In this document: positions 27,100-41,055 of the stretch, one piece after another
Layout: each line of letters opens with the position of its first letter
Position numbering within the stretch: position 1 is the stretch's first letter
Assembly (NCBI RefSeq): GCF_001194135.2
Contig: NC_068987.1
Location: 68,730,857-68,794,856 of the forward strand
Direction of reading: 5' to 3'
Length of the DNA: 64,000 nt
Origin: Octopus bimaculoides
Lineage: Eukaryota
The notes under the pieces: model-generated
Told to the model about the DNA's origin: nothing
The model's database searches: none
The model's input: the letters and a program-made list of their open reading frames with translations, nothing else
Program-made: the position numbers and the translations under genes

Positions 27100-27697
27100 T
27101 GAGTGAGAAAAAAATTAAAGAAGAAAGAAAGAGATTGGATGAGAAAGAATTTATAAATGTATCATTGTTAGCTTGATATCAAAAGCTTTCGATTTTGAAG
27201 TTTTGGGAATGATGATTATGATGATTATGATGATTATGATGGTGATTGGAGTAGAGGTTGTGTTGGCGGTGGTAGTAGTGATAATGATAATAGCAGAAGA
27301 CAAGGGAAAATTTGGACTGGAGGTTGGCCAAAACGGTACAGCCTTGGATCTAATTGTCTGGTTTGGAAATCTCAAGTGAAATGATAACAACACAGTTTGG
27401 AGACATGACAAAAGAAAAGAAAGCTGACTGCGTCACTTCCTCTTTTCTTTTTCTTTATTCTTCCTTCCCCTGATTTTCTTTCTTTCTTTCTTTTTGTGTA
27501 CGTGCGCACGCGTATGTGTGTGAGCGCGTGAAACCGTATAGATAAATGAGCAAGAGACAAGGTGATTGAAGACTGTCTTATGTCTTCAGGTGTGCAAGGC
27601 TTGCAAGTTAGACTACCTGGGAATTAGATGGCTGACAAATGCGAGCGTACGTATGTGCATACGTGCGTATGTGTGTATGGTGTGCACGCGCGCGTGT

Positions 27698-27735
<38 letters not shown>

Positions 27736-28209
27736 GTGTGTGTGTCTGAGTGAGTGAGTGGACAGAACGCGGGAAGAAAGAGTGAGAGGGAAGAGAATGA
27801 AATATAAAAACTATATAAAAAGAAATTACCATGTGTCATAGAAAGACTAAAACCTCGAAAAAAGAAACTGAATGAATGAAGAAACACTGATTCTGCAACC
27901 TCTGTGTGTGTGTGTGAGTGTGTGTATGTGTGTGTGTGTGTGTGCGCGCGTGCGCGCGTGCATGTGTGTGCGTGCGCGTGCGTGTGCATGTAAAGATGCA
28001 TATATATATATATGTATATACAAACACACACATATATACATATATGTACATGTATACATATACATAAATATACATATATACACATATATACATGGATGTG
28101 TACGTGTATGAAAAGATGCATATATATATATATGTATATACAAACACACATATATACATAATATGTACATGTATACATATACACATATATATACATGGAT
28201 GTGTACGTG

Positions 28210-28314
<105 letters not shown>

Positions 28315-28821
28315 TGTGTATGTTTCTATGTATGCATGTATGTATGTGTAACTAGAAACTATCATATGGACACGTACAAGCACGCGTATGTAAAAATGTA
28401 TGCATATATGCAGAAATGAGAGCAGATTGTTGACATTGAGAGCGAATGCATGAGCCTGAAGAAAAAACTTTAGTTTGGCACAGAGAGAAAGTATTAGAGG
28501 GAGAGATTGGATGAGCGAATGAACAATTGAGTGAGATGGGGAGTGGGGAGAATGTTAGGGTGAAAAATTGGCGAAAGAATAATAACGTAAGGAAAAGAAA
28601 GAAAAAAAGTAACAGAAAACAGAAATAAGAAAAATAATATGGCAAAGTAAAGAGAAGAAAAATACGGTCAACAATCCCTTTGTAAAAAAAAATGTGGTTA
28701 TAATAATAACAATAAAAATATAAGAAATGATGCAAATGGGAACATAAGGTAGAAGGAAAAGAAAGGAAAAGGAAATAGAAATAACGACAGATAAGACACA
28801 AGTGAAATATGTGTGTGTGTA

Positions 28822-28867
<46 letters not shown>

Positions 28868-29659
28868 NNNNNNNNNNNNNNNNNNNNNNNNNNNNNNNNN
28901 NNNNNNNNNNNNNNNNNNNNNNNNNNNNNNNNNNNGAGAGTGGGAGAGAGAGGGAGAGAGAGGGAGAGAGAGGGAGAGAGAGATAGAGCTAAGCTGCAAA
29001 TGCTACAATCAATAACTGAAAATTTGCTGTCAAGTCCAAGGGAAAAGTTGGCGAACCAGCTGAGCTGTTAAACAAACCGGTCGTGTCGGCAGAAGATAAG
29101 TGTCGACGTATAGCTTGGTAAGGTCAGAGTGAGAGAAAGAGATAGAAAGGGAAAGAAGACGGAGAAGCAAGTAGAGAGAAAGTATATGGGAAACAGAGAC
29201 TGAGTAGAGAGAGAAAGAAAGAGAAAGAGAGAGGGGGAGGAAAGAACAGAAAGAAAGTATATTGAGATGTAACATAAGAGAGCTTCGAAGAAACCTGAAG
29301 AGGGTGAGACAAAGAGAGAGCGACAGACAGACAGACAGAGATAGAGAGTGTTTTGTGGTAAGGAAGAGAGAGAGGTTAAAAGTGGATAATAGTTGTTTGT
29401 CAGTTCACATCGACTTACATGAAGATATTGATTTATTTTGACTGAGTAAAATATCAGCCTTTTATCAGAGACATAATCAATTAAATATAAACCACAATAT
29501 ATTACTGGTAGGAATTTTGGAACATTTAAAAAAAATTAAGTGATTCAAGGACAATTTGAACAATAAATGTTATTGAAGTGTAAAACACTTGCCTTTCTCC
29601 ATTATCTTTATTCCTAACGGGGATGGCTGCATCCCAGGTTAATTTTTCGCTAACTAGTT

Positions 29660-29928
29660 GGGTAAAAGGGTAAAGCCCCCTTCAGTCATAAAGGGTAAAG
29701 GCCCCCTTCAGTGTCCCTCCGAGGTGCAAGTCCGGAAATCCATGCATGCCAGGCTCTCGTCTCCACACAACCGTTGTTATCCAAGGGGAAGGCAAATGCC
29801 AATACAACTTCGCACCATCGATTTTGCAACTCATTTCTACAGTTGAGTGAACTCGAGCAACGTGAAATAAAGTGTCTTACTTAGGAATACAACACAACCA
29901 CATGGTGCTCTAACTATTGAGCCGTGCG
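29660..29928 (-). mobile_element. CORE-like SINE with tail Z (B-box region deleted)
   Basis: Reverse of GGCTCAATAGTTAGAGC...AAGACACTTTATTTCACGTTGCTC...CCCTTGGATAAC...GGACTTGCACCTCGGAGGG; homologous to 36947-37265. Confidence 0.75.
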
Positions 29929-30090
29929 TGGATTAAGTAATTGAATTTTCACCACTGTAGTACTGCTAATTGTATCATTCCTATGATAGGTTAAATCATT
30001 AGCAGCTTGATGTGAAGTTAGATGATGAAAAGATCCACTGTGTAAATTTAATACCTTCGCAGAAGGCTAACATGTCTTGTTATCAAAGTA

Positions 30091-30160
30091 CGAGTCTATT
30101 TGGAGTTGAGTCTATTTGTGGTCGCATCTCTTTGTGGTCGAGTCTATTTGAGGTCGAGTC
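30091..30160 (+). repeat. 16-bp minisatellite, about 4.4 copies
   Basis: Units close to CGAGTCTATTTGTGGT start at 30091, 30107, 30123, 30139 and 30155. Confidence 0.85.
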
Positions 30161-30342
30161 AGTGTGATATCTCCCATTATTTTGTAAAGAAGGTTAAGTA
30201 ACGTAAGCGGAATATCATTTTCAACTGATAAATATATTGAAATCACGTCTCAGTCTCGGCTTTTTAAATAAAAAACGGAATTGAAATCAGAAGTGAAATC
30301 AAGGCATGAATCTTGAGTGTGCATAATTCACATGTACTCAAC

Positions 30343-30800
30343 AAGCGTAGCTGTGCAGTAAGAATCTTGGTTCCCAAGCCCATGGTTCTAAGTTTAGCCC
30401 GACTGCGTGGTACCTTGAGTATGGGTCCTCTACTATAACCACAAGCAGACCAAAGCATTGTGAGCAGATGTAGCAGATGGAAACTAAAGAAGCCCATCGT
30501 AGACACACACACACACACACACATGTATATGTGTGTGTTTGTATATGTGTCTGTATATATGTGTGACTATGTGTTTGTAGCACTGTGTGTATTTTTTGTG
30601 TCAGTGTTTGTCTCCCAGATGCACTTGACAACCAATGTTTGTTTACGTTCCCGTAACTTAGCGGTTCGGCAAAAACTTTACCGATAAAGTAAGTACTCGG
30701 CTTAAAAAAACGTAAGTACTGGGATCGCTTATTTCGACTGAGCCTTTCAAGTCGATGCTCCAGCATGGCAACAGTCTTATGACTGAAACAAGTAAAAGAT
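30343..30800 (+). mobile_element. Composite SINE: module D + internal microsatellite + module E
   Basis: tRNA-like head, GGTACCTTGAGT, GGAAACTAAAGAAGCCC, an (AC)/(TG) tract, then CTTGACAACC...CCCGTAACTTAGCGGTTCGGC...GACTGAAACAAGTAAAAGA. Confidence 0.8.
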
Positions 30801-30832
30801 ATTTTTAAAAAAGAGAAGAAATAAAAGAAAGA

Positions 30833-30960
30833 CGGTCTCCACTCGGTTGCTTGACTGGTTAGGATTAACAGTTAAATCTCCCTAAACTCCTTAAAATCAC
30901 GCTCTGTTGTCTTTATAAAGGAATGATATATTGGACCATATAGTCCTAGATTTATAAAGG
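30833..30960 (+). mobile_element. Dispersed repeat F fragment
   Basis: TCCACTCGGTTG...AAATCTCCCT...ATTGGA...TAGTCCTAGA. Confidence 0.45.
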
Positions 30961-31429
30961 GAAGAAAAACAATAAAAAGGTAAACAAGGACATGATAGTT
31001 ATATCATGAACATCTTTTATTATTGATGTGCCCACTCAAGACATGAATGGGCAAAATAGAAACAAAAAGCAAAAAGACAGCAACAACAGCTCAACACTGC
31101 AAGATTTAGCCCGGCTCATTCAAAATATAAATGGATGTTGAGCACGGTTAAGAAGTCAATATCTACAAACTCGATCTCAAGAATGCATACACCGCTTCAG
31201 ATCTGGAATTTGAACAGATGAACCTGACCTTAAAACCTTTATAGAGACAGTGTTGTATACGTTATACGTCCAACGTGTGTGAGGAGTAGGCAAAAAAAAG
31301 GAGAAAACCAGAGTGTGGTAGGAGAAAAGAGATAGAGAGACGGTTAGGCATACTGAAAGAAGAACGAATAAGTGAAGTAGAGTACTTGAGAGATATTTTC
31401 TGAAGATTTTACATATATAGAGAGGTGCA

Positions 31430-31433
<4 letters not shown>

Positions 31434-31510
<77 letters not shown>
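31434..31510 (+). repeat. (GA)n microsatellite
   Basis: Direct reading. Confidence 0.95.
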
Positions 31511-31518
<8 letters not shown>

Positions 31519-31715
31519 AGAGAGACAGACAGAAAAGGAGTATTACCCTGAGGAAGACAAACGGAGAAAGAGAGAGAGACGATGTATCAAATGATTGGTT
31601 TATTAAGACATCATAGATGTGAGTGCATGTGTTTGTGTGTATGTATATTCGTATGCGTGTGTGTGTGTGTATGTTTATAGATGTGGAACTGAAATGCGAA
31701 AAAAGACAAGAAGCC

Positions 31716-31749
<34 letters not shown>

Positions 31750-32792
31750 TATATATACATATNNNNNNNNNNNNNNNNNNNNNNNNNNNNNNNNNNNNNN
31801 NNNNNNNNNNNNNNNNNNNNNNNNNNNNNNNNNNNNNNNNNNNNNNNNNNNNNNNNNNNNNNNNNNNNNNNNNNNNNNNNNNNNNNNNNNNNNNNNNNNN
31901 NNNNNNNNNNNNNNNNNNNNNNNNNNNNNNNNNNNNNNNNNNNNNNNNNNNNNNNNNNNNNNNNNNNNNNNNNNNNNNNNNNNNNNNNNNNNNNNNNNNN
32001 NNNNNNNNNNNNNNNNNNNNNNNNNNNNNNNNNNNNNNNNNNNNNNNNNNNNNNNNNNNNNNNNNNNNNNNNNNNNNNNNNNNNNNNNNNNNNNNNNNNN
32101 NNNNNNNNNNNNNNNNNNNNNNNNNNNNNNNNNNNNNNNNNNNNNNNNNNNNNNNNNNNNNNNNNNNNNNNNNNNNNNNNNNNNNNNNNNNNNNNNNNNN
32201 NNNNNNNNNNNNNNNNNNNNNNNNNNNNNNNNNNNNNNNNNNNNNNNNNNNNNNNNNNNNNNNNNNNNNNNNNNNNNNNNNNNNNNNNNNNNNNNNNNNN
32301 NNNNNNNNNNNNNNNNNNNNNNNNNNNNNNNNNNNNNNNNNNNNNNNNNNNNNNNNNNNNNNNNNNNNNNNNNNNNNNNNNNNNNNNNNNNNNNNNNNNN
32401 NNNNNNNNNNNNNNNNNNNNNNNNNNNNNNNNNNNNNNNNNNNNNNNNNNNNNNNNNNNNNNNNNNNNNNNNNNNNNNNNNNNNNNNNNNNNNNNNNNNN
32501 NNNNNNNNNNNNNNNNNNNNNNNNNNNNNNNNNNNNNNNNNNNNNNNNNNNNNNNNNNNNNNNNNNNNNNNNNNNNNNNNNNNNNNNNNNNNNNNNNNNN
32601 NNNNNNNNNNNNNNNNNNNNNNNNNNNNNNNNNNNNNNNNNNNNNNNNNNNNNNNNNNNNNNNNNNNNNNNNNNNNNNNNNNNNNNNNNNNNNNNNNNNN
32701 GTATTTGTGTGGAAAATGAAAGAGAAAGATATTGATAGCTAGAGGGAACGAATTGGTCGAAAGGAAAGAAACAAATAAAGATAAAGAGATAG

Positions 32793-32889
<97 letters not shown>

Positions 32890-33011
32890 AAAACTAGGTG
32901 AGGGAGAGAGAGAGAGAGAGAGAACTAAACAGTCACAGAGCTGGAGGAAGAGAAACAAACAGATAAAGAAAGGGAAGTTGAAGAGATGATTGAGAGAATA
33001 AGAAACAAACC

Positions 33012-33114
<103 letters not shown>

Positions 33115-34124
33115 CGTGCGTGTGTGTGTGTGTGTCTGCGTGTGCGTGTGTGAATGTATGTATATGAGAAAGAAAGAAAGAATGAAAGAAAGGAAGTAAG
33201 AACTACAAAAGGAAAAACCGAAGTCAAGAGCTGCACACAAAATCCAACAATTCTGTGACATTACCATTTCCTACTTTCCTTTGTCTCACCAGTTTATCCT
33301 TCTATCCGCCTCTTCCTCGAGCTTTTCATTGGCCAATCACTGATTAGCTGACCAAATAAAACTACCGTTGATTTCAGTGGACATATTGGCGTTTGTTTGA
33401 ACTTGAATTCAACCTTCAATAATATCATCAGAAGTGATGGCAGTTCAGCAGTCAACTGATATTGTACGCTTTTCCCCACAGTACAAACTCTACTGTTGAA
33501 ATATCCTGCTGTCAATTTTCCATAATATCTCCACAGGTTCTTGGGCATCATGATATCCAGTAACAATGGTCACTTATGTTGAGCGTCCAACACAATCACC
33601 ACAAAACTTTACCACATATATGTATAATTCTATAAACGCATACAAAAACATACACACACACATAAGCATTCACACACACACACACATACACACATCTATA
33701 TATATGCATGCATACACACATACATATATGTTTATATGAATATACACACACGTATATATATATATATATATATATATATTCATGTGTGTGTAAATATATA
33801 TAAATATATATGTATACACACATACGTTAATAAAACATATACATATGTGTAAGCTCAGGCAAGCACGTATATATATATACACATACACTCATACAGATTC
33901 ACACGCATATACACGTACACACACACACACTGACATACATATACAGATTAATAGATAGACAAACGGACAGACAGACATAAATATTCATGCACATACATGA
34001 ATAGGTAATACGTAAAATATTTCAGTCTCTGCATATGTGTATGCGTGTGTGCATGTACGCAGTGCACCTCGCGAGTATATATATATATATATGCATAAAT
34101 ACATACACATATATACACATACAC

Positions 34125-34156
<32 letters not shown>

Positions 34157-34157
34157 A

Positions 34158-34188
<31 letters not shown>

Positions 34189-36794
34189 NNNNNNNNNNNN
34201 NNNNNNNNNNNNNNNNNNNNNNNNNNNNNNNNNNNNNNNNNNNNNNNNNNNNNNATATGTATGTATGTATGTATATATTCACGTTGTTGATGTTTTGCAA
34301 GATAAATTAAAGGAAAAGATTTGATCTTCGTTTACATGCTTTTCATCTAACATTAAAGATTGTTCCTTAACCCCAGATGAAAACAATAAAAACTAGTAAA
34401 TAACGATATAAGAATGCTAACCAGCTACCAAATAGATAAGAAAAGAAACGGACTATTATTGCCGTGTTATTGCTATGTTCATATTACATATCTAAAAATG
34501 TTATTTTATAAAGGAAATTGATGCAGGACTCTGAATAACAAATGGTATATTATCAAAGAAATTCAACGTTGCAAAAGTGCTAATGCAGCATCTCAACTGA
34601 TCTTATTTTTAAAAATCCGATATGTTGTAATACTTCCAGTTCCGGTGACGATCTGTGAGTTAATTGCGTGAATTACTCCGTTATAATTTACGAAATAAAA
34701 TTTACTTTGTGGTGCAACTTTCAGAAAATTTGAGATCATTCATTTAAATAGTTGGTTTAATTAGTTGAATTTGCTGAGATATACTAGTTCCCTGTGTTCA
34801 TAATTGACAGTGGCAGGATGACTTTACTCAAGACTTCCTATAATTCACAACAGTCTAGTTATTGTTAAAATTATCCGTACCATTATCTTTCAGTTTCCAT
34901 TCACAACTACAGAGAACGGTCGCATTTGTTTTAACTCTATTCTGAGTCATGTAACAATTTTTAAGTCGTCTGCTTTCATTCTAATGTAATGTTTGGTCGA
35001 AAAAGACTTATACAATTGCTAAGTTTTTATTTACTGCTGTTTTGCATAATTTCCTCTGTTAACTTAATAATCGCTATTCACTGTGCTGCACCATAACTCA
35101 CTCTTAACCAGCATATAATTCCCTTGTTTACATTAATATCTCAACATTGGACTCAAGTGAGAAGTCCAGCTGGTTGCTTACTGTGCGCCACAATCATCGC
35201 CGAACGCTGGAGATATAGCCATAACATTTGACATACTTTTTGTTACTGAGGTGCCATTTGAGGACCGCTGTTTTGGCATGACATTTACATTCATGGAATA
35301 GTAGTCAATTTTACTCTTATATTGTCATAAATAAACGTACTCTTTTGTAAGCATCGAGTCCTCTTTACTTCACCTTTCATTTTTTGTGTTAGAAATGGCG
35401 GTGGATTATAGATAATGTTAGAAAGTTTAACAAAATAGCTCATGGGTTACATTCCAGAATGTTATGCACCCTGGTGGCACCATACATCTATATAATGCAC
35501 ATAATATACATACTTAAAGACACACTCTATTTGTGTACTGTGTATGTCTGTGTGTATATTTTATAGTAAGTATAGCACAACCAAAGGTATGTAAGCAACC
35601 AGTGGTTTCATGTATGAAGATAAGGTCTATCTGGTGTCCTAGAACCTCCTGAGAGATTCAAAAGTTCTTCAGACTAAAGAATGGCTAAATTGGCTTAGTG
35701 AAGGATCTAAGATCTTAGGTACCCATCTTATGCAGATAACAAATGCTTGTCAGTGTATACGTGGCTGCGTTGTACCTTTTATACATTAACTGTTTTTCTA
35801 CTTCATGAAAATTGAGTTATTTTATTATTTGTTGACTTATATAACGCAACACATGCATGCATACGTACATATATGCAAACATACATTAAAAACGTGTGTG
35901 TGAGTACATAATTGTTTTGAATATGTATATGTTTCTTTCCCCTAACACAATACCGATGCGTAGATATTTTACTCATCGAACTTACATCTGCACAGTAGTA
36001 AACTCAGGCTCTCTTTCCAAGTTTTAATTGCATATACATCTATTTAGGCGGTGCACAAACACGTGCACGCGCAAAAACGCACGCACATACACAAACACAT
36101 ATGCAACACATACATGCACGCGTGTGCACCCGACCCTAATCACATAGTCACGTTCTATATTACTTAATAGATTTCATGGTCGTTTCACACAAGCACATCT
36201 TTGTACCAATGATGTATGATGATGATCTCAGAGCGATATCTATAGAAGACAAAACCGAGACGGGAAATGATTGGTAGAATGAAATGGACGAAGAGAAGGA
36301 ATGTGACTGAGTTGATTATGTCTGTTAGTCGTCAGAATACCGAAGCACATAGTTGTTATGTGGTAGACACAGACCAATGAAGCAAAGCTACATCTTTTCA
36401 AGGGATTGTCATTGGTCAAAGATGAGAAGATGGCAGAATAACGAAAATACTCGACACACTACTTAACAATTCTTTCTGTTCCTCTTTCCTGCATTATCTC
36501 ACTGTCTCTCTCAACCTAATATCAAAACGACAATGATAAATACACCAGTGTCTATATCTATAACTATCTCTAAACCTATATCTTTGTGTAACAGAGATAT
36601 TTCACCTACGCGTCTACATATTAATGTATACGCATAAAATACACCTATTCTCATTTCTCATACAGATATAAATATGTGTATGTACATATAATTAAACTTA
36701 AATATACATGTAGAGATATAAATATTCGTATGTGAGCATACGTATAATTATAATACTGTTGATTATGATTGTTATACACAAATACAGTGCTAGA

Positions 36795-36920
36795 GTGCTA
36801 GAGAATTTCGCTACACAACCACAAGGAATCGGATTCGAGTGCCTTTTACCATAACTTCGGGTGGAACCAAAATTTGTATAGGAATCTGAGTAAACGGAAA
36901 CTGTGTAGAAGCCCGTCGAG
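36795..36920 (+). mobile_element. Degenerate type-D SINE
   Basis: AAACGGAAACTGTGTAGAAGCCCGTCG tail. Confidence 0.45.
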
Positions 36921-36946
36921 TTGACTGTATCTGCAAATTCAAAGGA

Positions 36947-37265
36947 TTGGCTCACTGGTTAGAGTGTCGGGCTCACAATAATGGGATAGTGAATTCGATT
37001 CCCGGACCGGGCTGTGTATTGGACTCTTGAGAAAGACACTTTATTTCACATTGCTCCACTTCACACAGCTGTAGAAACGCGTTGCGACGTCACTGATGTC
37101 AAGTTGTATAGACTTTTGCCTTTCCCTTGGATAACATTGGTGGCGTGGTGAAGGGAGGCTGATATGCATAACCAACCTTGCCCGGACTTGTGCCTCGGAG
37201 AGTAACTTTCTAGGTAGTAATCCCATGGTCAACCATGACCGAAGAGTGTCTTTGTCCTTTACCCT
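36947..37265 (+). mobile_element. tRNA-derived CORE-like SINE with tail Z
   Basis: GGCTCACTGGTTAGAGTG (A-box), GAATTCGATTCCC (B-box), CTTGAGAAAGACACTTTATTTCACATTGCTCC (CORE-like) and CCTTGCCCGGACTTGTGCCTCGGAG tail. Confidence 0.8.
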
Positions 37266-38514
37266 TTAAACGAATATGCTTCTATCAATGTCTATACACA
37301 CGCATTTGCATACAAATATAAAGATACACATATGTATATGCAAACATACATATACGAACATATATATCTATCCGAACGTTTTAATGCCCTCTATTGCATT
37401 TTTGTTCCATTTATATATATATATATATATATNNNNNNNNNNNNNNNNNNNNNNNNNNNNNNNNNNNNNNNNNNNNNNNNNNNNNNNNNNNNNNNNNNNN
37501 NNNNNNNNNNNNNNNNNNNNNNNNNNNNNNNNNNNNNNNNNNNNNNNNNNNNNNNNNNNNNNNNNNNNNNNNNNNNNNNNNNNNNNNNNNNNNNNNNNNN
37601 NNNNNNNNNNNNNNNNNNNNNNNNNNNNNNNNNNNNNNNNNNNNNNNNNNNNNNNNNNNNNNNNNNNNNNNNNNNNNNNNNNNNNNNNNNNNNNNNNNNN
37701 NNNNNNNNNNNNNNNNNNNNNNNNNNNNNNNNNNNNNNNNNNNNNNNNNNNNNNNNNNNNNNNNNNNNNNNNNNNNNNNNNNNNNNNNNNNNNNNNNNNN
37801 NNNNNNNNNNNNNNNNNNNNNNNNNNNNNNNNNNNNNNNNNNNNNNNNNNNNNNNNNNNNNNNNNNNNNNNNNNNNNNNNNNNNNNNNNNNNNNNNNNNN
37901 NNNNNNNNNNNNNNNNNNNNNNNNNNNNNNNNNNNNNNNNNNNNNNNNNNNNNNNNNNNNNNNNNNNNNNNNNNNNNNNNNNNNNNNNNNNNNNNNNNNN
38001 NNNNNNNNNATGCTACCTCAGTCCCTCATTCGTGTAGACAATTGTTTAGTTCTGCTAGCAAGGTTCAGGTTTAAAGTATAGTGGTAGGGGGGTAAAAATT
38101 TCATATTTGTCGTTAACGGTGGGTCATTAAAAAAAAGGGGGGGGGGAAAGAAGACGAAAAGACGAACCAACAGCTGTCTTTATTTCCACTAACTTCTTTG
38201 TTGTACAGTCGTCACGACATAAAATAAAGGCCAGATGACGTTTGGCGTTCAGTATATCTTTCTGCTGTAATTTTGTCTTCTCACAGAGGATGGCAATTCA
38301 GTTTGCATAATTTTAAGCTGCTTTTAAAACCAACCGCTTCTGGTTGTTGGTGTTCTTGTTGTTGGAAGTGGTTGTTTGTTGCTGTCTGCTTTTGCTGAAC
38401 TTCAGCCTTATTTAAGCTGACCTTTATTCAGCAACGTACATCTCATTGAGGCTTACATTGTTCATTCAGTATGCTATTTCTTCATGACAGTAGAGTATTT
38501 CGAGGGAGAGTTTC

Positions 38515-38685
38515 TTAGCTATTGCGGCAATGTGGTTGAGAAGTTCACCTTGCAGCTCTGTGAGCTTTCGGTTTCAGTCCAAGTGTGAGAGATCTTGTGC
38601 AAGTGTTTTCTACTATAGACCCGGGCTAACCGATGCCTCGCAAATGAATTTTGTAAATTGAAACTCCGTGGAATAGTTTCGTGTG
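38515..38685 (+). mobile_element. Degenerate type-D SINE
   Basis: GGTTTCAGTCC...CTTGTGCAAGTGTTTTCTACTATAGACCCGGGC. Confidence 0.55.
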
Positions 38686-38839
38686 TGTGTGTGTGTGTGT
38701 GTGTGTTTATAATGTATTTTATTGTGATCTGCGAGCCTAAAGAGTCCTCACTACTCTATGCAGTCTATTCGTGGAGAATCAGTATAGGCATGGTACAACA
38801 GTTTTACTTGTTATGAAATTATTATCATTATTATTATTA

Positions 38840-38886
<47 letters not shown>

Positions 38887-38935
38887 AGTAGTGGTGGTGG
38901 TGATAGAGACGGCGGTGGCGATGGTGGTGGTGGTG

Positions 38936-38981
<46 letters not shown>

Positions 38982-39837
38982 CAGCAGCAGCTGAAACAGT
39001 AACAGCAGCGATAGTTTATTCATTGTCGACGCCAGTTTCTATTCGTTTTATTTTTTCCAATAGTGTTTCTTGTCTTTTACTTTCCATTTCGTTTTAACCT
39101 TACCATTTGTTTTTCTTTTTTGTTGCTGTTGCCATCACTGTTGCTGTTGTTCTCACCTTTTTTTTTTGTGTGTGTGTTATGTCTATTCTTACATTCTCTT
39201 CAAGTGCCATTTGCCACCAATTCTAAGAGCAGTTTGTTGACAGAGCCTATTGACTTTTACTAATGAAGAATTCCAACGAGAACGTCAAACCTCGTCGACA
39301 TTTCACTTAAGACATCTCACTGATGCTGACGAGTTGTCTTCAGCATCTTTACCGTTTTGTACCATCTAACATCGTTACCCATGTTAAGCCGTTGACACAA
39401 CTGTGTCACTTCTCTTGCAGATTACACATGCGTGCAACGTTGTCAGTTAGTCAAGTAATCTGTCTGTATGTGCCAATATGTCTTGCTATTAATTATTTGA
39501 GCGCACGAGCGCGTGCATGCAGCTCTGCATACATGCATGTTTGAATGAATGTGTGTGTGTGTGAGGGAGAGAGAGAGAGAGAAAGAGACTTGTCTGTATG
39601 TGTGTATTCGTATGTATGTATATGTATGTATATATATATATAACAATGTATGTAAAGTACGTGCAATTGTTTGTTTGCATATACCTTATTTGCCCAAATA
39701 TGTATGGGAGTGTGTATATAAGTTGTGTGTGGATGAAACACGTAGCGTGTATACACACACAGGTATAAAGTTTCAAGTAGTCATAAGCAGGAATATATAT
39801 GTATGTATGCGTGCATAAGTAGATGGAGTGATTGGTA

Positions 39838-39938
<101 letters not shown>

Positions 39939-41055
39939 CTAGCTGGATAGATATATAGATACGTACATACATATATACATACACTTAAACACATACAAAT
40001 ACATATATAAATACATGTATGCAATGTAGATGCATGCATGTATACAGCATACCTAGTAAGGTATACACAAAGGTTTTGTGTACACAACCTAATTGTGTTT
40101 AATGAAAGAACAGGCGAAATTAATCTTTGCTTAACTCCCACTTCTCACTTACATGCATAGCCGTCGCCCAGGCATTCATGTACGTATGTCTTCACCATTT
40201 GACTTCAATGTTTTTTTTCTTTTCTCCTTTTCTCTGTTCATGTAACCATTATACCCTTCGTTCTCTCATTCTCTTTCTCGTTTATATTTGTGTGTGTGTG
40301 TGTGTGTGTGTATGTGTGTGTGTGTGTATGAATCTGTCAAGTAATTTAATTCCACATGAACATTTCTTATGTAAGCAACCTCTCACTTCCCACTTTATAT
40401 TGTCCGTGGCACACCTTTCTCAATTTATTTCTTTGCATGGATGTGTGTATGTATGTGTGTGTGCGCCTGTGCGTGTGCGTGTGTGTATGAGCATGCGTAC
40501 GTCCGTACGTGTGTGCGTGTGTGTTTGTGTACATGCCTGTATATGTAAGTATATATATCATGTTTTTCAATTATTTCAGTTCTTATAAAGAAGGAGCAGG
40601 CTTTTTAGCTGAGAAGTAAATTTTCATCGCCGGAATTTGGTTAAGATCAGCAGTAAATATTTACATGTTGAACTTTACAAAAGGTTTGGATATTTTTATT
40701 GTTCTACTTACAAGTTATATCTACATGGTGCCTATTAACTGTTTACCTTCTTTGTCAGCATGAATCTATTTTTATATCGAGCCATTGTGAAAACTGGCAT
40801 CATTGTTTACTTGTTTCCACTTGGGCCATTAACGGTTGCTGCATTCCTAATGCTGAATGCGAGATGCTTGTGTTGTGTATTCGGCCTTTGGAAGCTAGCA
40901 ACACGTCAGCCGAGACGGCGCTTCGAGAAAACCAACGCAGATTCATCCTAAATTTTTTATATTGCTATGTGCAGAAACCGCCTGTACAGAGAGTCAGTCG
41001 TGTCATTGAGTGCTGAGAAATCGTGCAATAGTATGAAAGCATTGGCTCTTGTAAT

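Noticed and set aside
30091-30160. CRISPR interpretation of the 16-bp repeats
   Set aside because: No spacers, the units are too short, there are no cas genes and the context is eukaryotic.
33294-33566. 90-aa minus-strand ORF in unique DNA
   Set aside because: No recognisable motif and no convincing flanking splice sites.
40699-41016. Overlapping + strand ORFs (105 and 63 aa)
   Set aside because: No recognisable homology or coherent exon boundaries.
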